From positions 1 to 51,939 of the IMG/VR virus record IMGVR_UViG_3300044723_003553: a stretch of DNA of 51,939 bases. One strand, 5' to 3'. Below the pieces are notes generated by a model that searched no databases, was not told the DNA's origin, and worked only from the letters and a program-made list of their open reading frames with translations. Below, one piece after another: positions 45,262 to 51,939 of the stretch. Each line of letters opens with the position of its first letter. The stretch's first letter is position 1. Both the position numbers and the translations under genes were made by a program. Source of the DNA: a virus (taxonomy: Duplodnaviria > Caudoviricetes).

Positions 45262-46695
45262 ATGCCTGAAATCTATGCTCTCGTAGCAGGAACATTATAC
45301 GGACTACTAATAGGTATCATCCCAAGTGCTGGTGCTACTACTGGTCTTGTGGCATTGTTTGGATTTATTAGTTATTTCGTTGATCAGCCTTACTTGGGTG
45401 TTATATTCTGTATGGCTGTTGTAGCCGCATCAACAACAGGTGATACTTACACAGGAGTATTACTTGGTATACCAGGCGCTAACAGTGCCGCCGCTACAAT
45501 GGTAGATGGGTTTCCCCTGGCGCAAAAAGGCCAAGCAACCTACGCCATAACAGCAGCAGTGACAACAAGTACTATAAATGGTTTATTATGGGGGACGCTT
45601 ACCTTTGCACTATTACCTTGGTATACAAACCTGTTAATGATCTTGGGTATACCAGAACTTTGGGCGTTTACCATGCTTGCACTTGCCACTGTTGGTTTTG
45701 TGTCGAGTACTTGGTGGATGCGTAGTTTAATTGCTATTGTAGTAGGAATTGGTTTAGGCATTATTGGAACTGATCCTGCAACAAATGCTGATCGTTATAC
45801 CCTGGGCTGGGATTACTTGGGTGCAGGTATACAACTCATGCCGTTTGTTGCGGGATTGTTTGCAATACCAGAACTAGTCGATGGCTTAAAGCGCAGACTT
45901 GCAACCACAAACAGTACAGATCAACTTGGGCAAACTGTAGCAGGCGTACGGGCAGTATGGGCTAACAAATGGGATGCACTGCGCGGTGGCTTTATAGGTG
46001 CGTTCATTGGATTACTGCCTGGTCTAGGTGGAGCAATGGCAGACTGGATGGCATATGGATCAACTGTTGCTGCCCACCCAAATGAAAAGTTTGGTGACGG
46101 AAACATCAAAGGTGTTATTGGACCAGAGGGTGCGAACAATGCACAGAAGGCAACGTCAATGATTCCTACTGTGTTGTTTGGTATTCCCGGCGCACCATTT
46201 GCAGCGGTGATCATGGCATTGTTCATGTACTTGGGATTTGAACTGGGTACACCAGACTTAGCACATGACGAGCGTTTCTTTGACAGTTTAACATTTGGAT
46301 TTATGTGGGCAACGGTGCTAGTGGGTGTGTTTTGTTTGGTATTTACACGTTACATCAGTGCTATTACCCGTGTACCATACAAATACTATTTTCCACTGTT
46401 GCTAGTGTTTATTACTTGGGCATGTGTGCAGTACACCGGTGGATGGGAAGATTACTTTATTTTTGCAGTATGTAGTGTTCTAGGCATACTGTGTAAGAAA
46501 TATAAATTTAGTAGACCAGGGATGGTTATTGGATTTATACTAGCAGAGCGTGTAGAGGCTCTAACACTACAAATGACCAGTTTGTATTCAATTGATCAAC
46601 TGGTCACGCGACCAATATTTGTTATACTTGTACTAATAACCACAGGTGTGTTTGCATGGGGTATAACCACAAAAAGGAGATTAAATTATGCGTAA
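45262..46695 (+). CDS. tctA: tripartite tricarboxylate transporter large permease
   Basis: GIIP, IPG...AATMVDGFPLA.KG, GLFAIPE, GLLPGLG, EGANNA, GIPG; many TM helices. Confidence 0.92.
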   Translation: MPEIYALVAGTLYGLLIGIIPSAGATTGLVALFGFISYFVDQPYLGVIFCMAVVAASTTGDTYTGVLLGIPGANSAAATMVDGFPLAQKGQATYAITAAVTTSTINGLLWGTLTFALLPWYTNLLMILGIPELWAFTMLALATVGFVSSTWWMRSLIAIVVGIGLGIIGTDPATNADRYTLGWDYLGAGIQLMPFVAGLFAIPELVDGLKRRLATTNSTDQLGQTVAGVRAVWANKWDALRGGFIGAFIGLLPGLGGAMADWMAYGSTVAAHPNEKFGDGNIKGVIGPEGANNAQKATSMIPTVLFGIPGAPFAAVIMALFMYLGFELGTPDLAHDERFFDSLTFGFMWATVLVGVFCLVFTRYISAITRVPYKYYFPLLLVFITWACVQYTGGWEDYFIFAVCSVLGILCKKYKFSRPGMVIGFILAERVEALTLQMTSLYSIDQLVTRPIFVILVLITTGVFAWGITTKRRLNYA

Positions 46696-47737
46696 ACTAC
46701 TAATCAGTCTAGCCATGGTGCTAGGAATGACTTCGACAGCAAGTGCTGATTATACATTTGTTGTCCCACAAAAACCCGGCGGTGGAACCACTGTGTGGAC
46801 TGAAATTGTCGCCAAAGAACTTGCCCCATTTCTTGGTGAGAAAATTATTATCAAAACTATTCCGGGCGCAAGAGATATTCCCGGCTTTAATAAGTTTCAT
46901 AATGACCTACAGAAAGACGATAAGACTGTAATGGTGTCTCATGGTGGGAATGGTGTTTCATTTTTGCAGGAGAATGTTGATTATAATTATGCAGACTATA
47001 CCAGCATTGGACTTATGAACTTGGACATTATTGCAGGCATCAGTAAAGACTTCAAAGAAGGTGATAAGATTTCATTTGCCGCTGGTTCTGGAATGGTTCC
47101 AGAGGCATTTGCAATGACAATGTTGTTGTGTGGACCTGATTTGAGTATGGATCAGTATGTTGAATGTTTTAAGAAAAATGTTATTTGGGTAGCAGGTATG
47201 AGCGGTGGCGAACGGCGTCTAGCATTTAAACGTGGTGAACTGAATGGCACAAGAGAGAATCCAGCAGCATATAAAAAACATGTTGCACCAAATCCAAACG
47301 CTAAGGTGTGGTTTACACATGGTATTCTAGATGCAAATACTGCATCACACATGGATGATCCAAACTATCCCAATATGCAGTTTGAGATTTTGTTCAAAAA
47401 TAAGTATGGTGTTGCACCAAGTGGTGAGTTTTACGATGCATATAAACTCGTAAAAAGTTTTCGAGATGGTATGCAAAAGGCTATTTGGGTACGCAAAGAC
47501 AATCCCAATGCACAGAAGTTGCAGGATGCACTTACAGCAATGAGTAAAGATGCTACTGCGATTGCCAATATCCAGAAGAAGGTTGGTAAGTATGAATGGA
47601 AGATTGGTGTCGATGGAAATCGACAGCGAGACGTTCTAATGACATTCATTACTAAAGATGCACTACGCAATCTTGTTAAGTTTAACACAGAAGCACTAGG
47701 TCTAAAGTCAGTGTATAAATCAGACTTAATCAAGTAG
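46688..47737 (+). CDS. tctC: TctC/Bug-like periplasmic substrate-binding protein
   Basis: Signal peptide, VVPQKPGGGT, PGA, GGE...A..RGE; adjacent to tctA. Confidence 0.75.
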   Translation: MRKLLISLAMVLGMTSTASADYTFVVPQKPGGGTTVWTEIVAKELAPFLGEKIIIKTIPGARDIPGFNKFHNDLQKDDKTVMVSHGGNGVSFLQENVDYNYADYTSIGLMNLDIIAGISKDFKEGDKISFAAGSGMVPEAFAMTMLLCGPDLSMDQYVECFKKNVIWVAGMSGGERRLAFKRGELNGTRENPAAYKKHVAPNPNAKVWFTHGILDANTASHMDDPNYPNMQFEILFKNKYGVAPSGEFYDAYKLVKSFRDGMQKAIWVRKDNPNAQKLQDALTAMSKDATAIANIQKKVGKYEWKIGVDGNRQRDVLMTFITKDALRNLVKFNTEALGLKSVYKSDLIK

Positions 47738-47958
47738 TGAATCACATTACAGTAATTAAATATGCAAGTGCAGTGACTATCTTAATAGCGATGGTCCTGC
47801 ACGTTGCAGGCATTACGCCTTGGAATAGTTTATTACAAATGGTAGGTGCTAGTGGTTGGATTTATGTTGGATATCGTTGGAATGAGAAAGCAATTATATT
47901 GAACTTCCTACCACAGTTTGCTATAATAATACCAATGCTGGTATGGATGTATCTATAG
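47737..47958 (+). CDS. small integral membrane protein
   Basis: Three TM helices in 73 aa; overlaps tctC stop. Confidence 0.65.
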   Translation: MNHITVIKYASAVTILIAMVLHVAGITPWNSLLQMVGASGWIYVGYRWNEKAIILNFLPQFAIIIPMLVWMYL

Positions 47959-47966
47959 TATAAATA
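47959..47966 (+). promoter_or_regulatory. T4-type late promoter
   Basis: TATAAATA. Confidence 0.65.
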
Positions 47967-47984
47967 CATTACAAGGGTGTTATC

Positions 47985-48527
47985 ATGGATATTAAAGACA
48001 TTGTAGAGAACAGCAAAAAGATCTATATGAGCGAATCTAGTTTAAAAACGCTTATGGACTTTGAGCGAGTATTAGATGAACTAGACATCTATGCGTTTAA
48101 AAACTGGAAAACGGGTGAGCTTATTGAAGGCCCAGTACGTCACAGACACTGGGTAGAGTGCACATTTATGTGGCCTCAAAAACTTATGCCTGATCCTGAT
48201 GGAGGTAAAAGGCTATTAGAGTATCGCGCTAAAGTGGAGTATATAAAAGACACGCTCAAGACCCCAGTGAAAATTGAAAGTTATTCAGACTTCAGGCCTG
48301 GTACTAAAAAAGCAAAACTTAAAGAAGATCCTGTTTGGACAGTTAAGATTCAGATGCCCAGAGAAGTTATAGAAGACATTGCAGAAGGCTTTATTGAACT
48401 TGAAGGTCAGGATATTGATTTACAAGAGCTAGACGATGCATACAACCAGAACATGCAGGATACCGCAGCAATGGATGCCCAGACGGGTGCAGTACCAGGA
48501 GACCCAAATGCCGCACCAACAGTTTAA
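47985..48527 (+). CDS. hypothetical phage protein
   Basis: 180 aa; DFERVLD...NW..GEL.EGP...MPDPDGG. Confidence 0.75.
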   Translation: MDIKDIVENSKKIYMSESSLKTLMDFERVLDELDIYAFKNWKTGELIEGPVRHRHWVECTFMWPQKLMPDPDGGKRLLEYRAKVEYIKDTLKTPVKIESYSDFRPGTKKAKLKEDPVWTVKIQMPREVIEDIAEGFIELEGQDIDLQELDDAYNQNMQDTAAMDAQTGAVPGDPNAAPTV

Positions 48528-49059
48528 TGAAAGCCTCCAAGCTAGTGACCTAGTAGGTAGAATTAGCAACAAGATTCATATTGACGAATTTTCTGCTAAA
48601 ATGGGCGATGATGCAGACGTTATCGTTACTACATTTAAAGTATTTGGTAAGAATCCAGCAAATGACCTAGAACGTTTTCTAGAGCGTGGATATAGTTGGA
48701 TACTTGATGCTGAGACATCACCAGGCGAAGTTGCCAAAGATGAGTATCTTGTATTTGTAGAATGCCCACGTAGAACTTGGTACCCAGAGAAACTTATTAG
48801 TTTAATTGGTGATCTTTCAAATCTAACAGAACACAAGCCAGAAGACTGGCAGGTTTTGTATTTCCAAGACAAACGTAACCCTACTTACAAACTAAACAAA
48901 AAAAGTTTAAATCAGATTATACCTCTCAGTCCACGAGCATACAAGGAAGCAAAAGAATCCAAAAATGTTCTTGAGAGTATGTTAAACAGTGCACGTATAT
49001 CGAGAAAAAAAGGAGACATCGATGGATTTACAAGTTTTAAGAGAACAACTCGAAATTGA
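48508..49059 (+). CDS. hypothetical phage protein
   Basis: AGGAG RBS before ATG 48508; IDEFSAKMG.D. Confidence 0.7.
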   Translation: MPHQQFNESLQASDLVGRISNKIHIDEFSAKMGDDADVIVTTFKVFGKNPANDLERFLERGYSWILDAETSPGEVAKDEYLVFVECPRRTWYPEKLISLIGDLSNLTEHKPEDWQVLYFQDKRNPTYKLNKKSLNQIIPLSPRAYKEAKESKNVLESMLNSARISRKKGDIDGFTSFKRTTRN

Positions 49060-49465
49060 CGAAGGAGTCAAATATGAGGTATACAAGGATCACCTTGGCT
49101 ATCCTACTTTTGGCATTGGTCATCTTATTCTTGAGTCTGACCCCGAATACGGGGAAGATGACGGGACTCCCGTCAGTGAGTCCAGAGTCATTGAGGCCTT
49201 CGAACAGGATTGCGAAAACGTCCTGCGAGACTGCGCCATCCTTTATCCAGACTTCGATGAGTTGCCAGAAGAAGCTCAACAAATAATTGCAAACATGATG
49301 TTTAATATGGGTAGACCACGGTTAAGCAAATTTAAGGGTATGAAACGTGGCGTCGATGCCCGTGATTGGAATATGGCTGCAGATGAGATGGTAGATAGCG
49401 GTTGGTATAAACAAGTTACTAACCGTGCTGATAGACTTGTTAATAGAATGAGAGCATTGGCATAG
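49022..49465 (+). CDS. T4-type lysozyme (GH24) endolysin
   Basis: DEG....YKDHLGYPTFGIGHL, NMMFNMG, W..AA.EM.DS.WYKQ..NRA. Confidence 0.92.
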   Translation: MDLQVLREQLEIDEGVKYEVYKDHLGYPTFGIGHLILESDPEYGEDDGTPVSESRVIEAFEQDCENVLRDCAILYPDFDELPEEAQQIIANMMFNMGRPRLSKFKGMKRGVDARDWNMAADEMVDSGWYKQVTNRADRLVNRMRALA

Positions 49466-49473
49466 CTTGATAC

Positions 49474-49481
49474 TATAAATA
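49474..49481 (+). promoter_or_regulatory. T4-type late promoter
   Basis: TATAAATA upstream of spanin operon. Confidence 0.65.
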
Positions 49482-49506
49482 CAGTATACTATAGGAGATT
49501 TGTAAA

Positions 49507-49749
49507 ATGGCAAATTGGAGAACAGGACACGCAGTAGATCCAGTCGGCACAGTATCAGAAGCAAATATAGATACTTGGTATGCTAGTAAAGATCGCACTG
49601 TAGAACACGGCTGGGACGATGCACACGGGTATGTTGTGCAGCATATTACTTCAGGTATTCCTCCAGGACATACTGTGAAGTGCAAAGTAAAAGACAACAA
49701 GTTCTGGTTAAGTATTTCAGGATCAACTATCAATAAAGTTTGGAATTAA
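49507..49749 (+). CDS. hypothetical protein
   Basis: AGGAG RBS; 80 aa. Confidence 0.65.
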   Translation: MANWRTGHAVDPVGTVSEANIDTWYASKDRTVEHGWDDAHGYVVQHITSGIPPGHTVKCKVKDNKFWLSISGSTINKVWN

Positions 49750-49752
49750 TCA

Positions 49753-50241
49753 GTGGGATTTAAGCTAGCAGGCATAATGTTTATACTAATGCTCGCAATG
49801 GGCGGAGGTGCTTATTGGTATTATACAGATACCCAAGAGCGCATGCGTGTCCTTGCGGAAAATAATGCTAAGTTAGAAATCGCAGTACAAACACAAAAAC
49901 AAGCTATCGAACAGCAAAAGAAAGACATTGCTGTCGTTAATGCAGAAAAGAATGCTCTTAACCAAGAGTTTCAAGCAAGCAGACAAGCGGTAGATGATCT
50001 AAGAGGAAAATTTAATAAAGTAAGTAAAGTTGTCGGACAACGCGACATCGGCGAACGTGCTATAGTAAAACCCAAACTAATCGAACGGGTAATTGATAAA
50101 GGCAGTAACAATGTAATGCGCTGTTTTGAGATATTAAGTGGTGCGTCGCGAACAGAGAAAGAAGATAATGCTGAAAAGAAAAGTCAGATCAACACGATGT
50201 GCCCTGACGTGGCCAATCCTCGGTACATTCCTCGTCCTTAG
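49753..50241 (+). CDS. inner-membrane spanin (Rz-like)
   Basis: N-terminal TM, long coiled coil, C-terminal Cys; near lysozyme. Confidence 0.75.
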   Translation: MGFKLAGIMFILMLAMGGGAYWYYTDTQERMRVLAENNAKLEIAVQTQKQAIEQQKKDIAVVNAEKNALNQEFQASRQAVDDLRGKFNKVSKVVGQRDIGERAIVKPKLIERVIDKGSNNVMRCFEILSGASRTEKEDNAEKKSQINTMCPDVANPRYIPRP

Positions 50242-50665
50242 TTTGGCAGCGTGTGGCACGCCTGTAAAGCAAATTGAAATAGTAAGTGCACCACTAGAAC
50301 GTGTTCCACTTGATTTGCCACCTGTGGATGTGCTGAAGTTAGATGAAGTAAGTTGGATCATTGTGACTGAAGATAATGTTCAGAGTGTATGGGAAGATCT
50401 ACAAAAGAAAAAATTTAGTATTGTAATTTTTGGATTGACCGATAGAGGTTACGAAGACCTTAGCGTTAATATGGCAAAACTACAGAAGCTAGTCAAGCAG
50501 CAGAAAGCAGTAATAGCGGCATACAGGCGTTATTACGAAGATCAAAACAAAGCGATTGACGATCAAGAAAAAGGTGTCCAAGACGCTAAAAAGAAAAGTA
50601 TTGATAACCAAGACAAACAAGCTGGTAACAGCATAGGAACCAGACTAGAAGGATTATTTAAATGA
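50168..50665 (+). CDS. outer-membrane lipoprotein spanin (Rz1-like)
   Basis: Lipobox LAAC, Pro-rich mature N-term; overlaps i-spanin 3' end; exact start uncertain. Confidence 0.75.
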   Translation: MLKRKVRSTRCALTWPILGTFLVLSLAACGTPVKQIEIVSAPLERVPLDLPPVDVLKLDEVSWIIVTEDNVQSVWEDLQKKKFSIVIFGLTDRGYEDLSVNMAKLQKLVKQQKAVIAAYRRYYEDQNKAIDDQEKGVQDAKKKSIDNQDKQAGNSIGTRLEGLFK

Positions 50666-50994
50666 AGAAATCATATTTAATTGCAGGATTTGTAACAGCA
50701 GCCATTATCACAGCAGGTAGTGTTGGATACGCCGCTGCTACTAAAGATACATGTAACTATGATCCAGCCAGTGGAAATTACCACAATAATGGCAAAGTAT
50801 ATGCTTATGGATCATGGGACGATGCAGTGGCTTGTGCAAAGGAAGGCATTCTTCCTCAAGTTGTAGCTGACAGACTAGGTGCATGGGGTGATAAGAAAAC
50901 TCAAGCAGAAGGTCGCAACTACGCAAAGATCAACGCTGAAGTAAAGAAAGCTAAAGCGGCTGCGGCTAAAGCAAAAGCAGACCAAAACAAGTAA
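50662..50994 (+). CDS. hypothetical secreted protein
   Basis: Signal peptide, two Cys, Ala/Lys-rich tail. Confidence 0.65.
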   Translation: MKKSYLIAGFVTAAIITAGSVGYAAATKDTCNYDPASGNYHNNGKVYAYGSWDDAVACAKEGILPQVVADRLGAWGDKKTQAEGRNYAKINAEVKKAKAAAAKAKADQNK

Positions 50995-50996
50995 GA

Positions 50997-51173
50997 ATGC
51001 TCACGGGTGGACCATATTGTCAAAACTGTGGCCGGACAAGTCATTGCGGCGCACCTTTACTTGAAGACTTCCGTACTTGTTGGGACAAACATTTAGGACA
51101 GATTGAAGTCTGTAAACACTGTCGTTGTGAAAAATGCTCAAAATTGCCGCACCCAGGGAGCAGTGGATGTTAA
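50997..51173 (+). CDS. 58-aa Cys-rich metal-binding peptide
   Basis: YCQNCGRTSHCG...VCKHCRCEKC; not in ORF track. Confidence 0.6.
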   Translation: MLTGGPYCQNCGRTSHCGAPLLEDFRTCWDKHLGQIEVCKHCRCEKCSKLPHPGSSGC

Positions 51174-51304
51174 GCGACGAACAAAAAATTTATTGTAAAA
51201 ACTGTAGCCACCTCTGTCACTGTGATACACTAGTATGCACAGACTGTCATTGTGGTGGTTGCTTGCATGAAGAAGAGGAAGTACGATTTCCAGATTGGGG
51301 TTAA
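51167..51304 (+). CDS. 45-aa Cys/His-rich metal-binding peptide
   Basis: YCKNCSHLCHCDTLVCTDCHCGGCLH; GGGAG upstream; not in ORF track. Confidence 0.6.
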   Translation: MLSDEQKIYCKNCSHLCHCDTLVCTDCHCGGCLHEEEEVRFPDWG

Positions 51305-51305
51305 G

Positions 51306-51939
51306 ATGAATGAACAAGGATTGCAAGAAAAATTAGCAACAGGATATAAAGTAGAAGATCCGGACGAAATGACACCCAGGTACAAGGATGTACTTGTTAA
51401 TACTATTCATATCGCAGCAGACTTGGAAGTAGTAACACTACCAACATATTTTCCTGCTATTAAAAACTCACCTACACTAGAAGATAAACTAGCAGTTGCA
51501 GCAGCTTGTCAGGACGAACTAGGTCATGCACAGGTTATGTACAGACTACTAGAAGACTTTGGATATGACACACATGATTTTTTGTTTGATCGTGACCCAG
51601 AGGAATGGCGTACATTCCAAATGTTAGAATTCCCCCATGAAGATTACATTGAAACTGTAGTCAGTATGTGTTACGGCGACAGAGCAGGATACATTACAAC
51701 CGTTGACCTAGAAGAGAATTGCAGTTACGCACCACTTGCACGTGGTTTACGCAAAGTAAATTACGAGGAAACTTTCCATGTTAGTCACGGAGAAAGATGG
51801 ACAAAGTTCTTTTGGAATAAAGATGAAGACAGTAGACGAAGAGTGCAGGAGTGCGTTGACTTTTATTTCCCATTATGTGCTGCATGGTTTGGTTTGCCAG
51901 ATGAACATAAGACAAGAACAGATCAACAGACTTATAGAA
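51306..51939 (+). CDS. paaA: PaaA/PaaC-family di-iron protein (phenylacetyl-CoA epoxidase subunit A-like), partial
   Basis: Manual translation: KVEDPDEMTPRYK..., PTLEDK...QDELGHAQ, SYAPLARGL...EETFHVSHG; runs off window end. Confidence 0.8.
   Translation, partial: MNEQGLQEKLATGYKVEDPDEMTPRYKDVLVNTIHIAADLEVVTLPTYFPAIKNSPTLEDKLAVAAACQDELGHAQVMYRLLEDFGYDTHDFLFDRDPEEWRTFQMLEFPHEDYIETVVSMCYGDRAGYITTVDLEENCSYAPLARGLRKVNYEETFHVSHGERWTKFFWNKDEDSRRRVQECVDFYFPLCAAWFGLPDEHKTRTDQQTYR

Noticed and set aside
51138-51326. Minus-strand 62-aa ORF in track
   Set aside because: Antisense to tightly coupled plus-strand Cys-rich peptides and the PaaA-like start.
1-51939. Stop-codon reassignment or suppressor tRNAs, as in some large phages
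   Set aside because: Recognisable genes are full length in the standard code, TAG and TGA end real genes, and no CTA/TCA anticodon tRNA was found.
1-51939. CRISPR array, integrase, transposase, group I/II intron
   Set aside because: No regularly spaced direct repeats or diagnostic motifs seen; conserved genes are not interrupted.

Overview
This is a gene-dense, AT-rich segment of a large lytic tailed phage (T4-like/jumbo myovirus type). Standard genetic code; no integrase, transposase, rRNA or CRISPR array seen. The host is inferred to be Gram-negative (spanins, porin), possibly an aquatic alphaproteobacterium. The window contains: structural genes (gp9/gp10-like baseplate/fibre proteins, a 1003-aa Ig-repeat protein); replication/repair genes (ATP-dependent ligase, clamp loader, a stand-alone DnaE fragment, UvsE, HNH, MazG-like, HAD nucleotidase); lysis genes (T4-type lysozyme, overlapping spanins, holin-like pair); and many host-like genes (pyrB, porin, peroxiredoxin, infA, iscA, HtrA, GroES, phoH, TctA/TctC transporter, amidinotransferase, radical SAM, and a PaaA-like di-iron protein cut by the window end). 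There are 10 complete tRNA genes, sigma70-like promoters and T4-late-like (A)TAAATA promoters. The most unusual signals are in the RNA layer: (i) a complete tRNA(CAU) nested inside an uninterrupted protein-coding gene; (ii) two acceptor-stem-only 'microhelix + ACCA' elements at tRNA loci; (iii) a 96-nt tRNA-Ile(UAU) with a long variable arm; (iv) two structured intergenic ncRNA candidates, each with its own promoter motif; (v) a 41-bp inverted duplication forming back-to-back promoters. All protein calls come from recognising motifs by eye, not from database searches.
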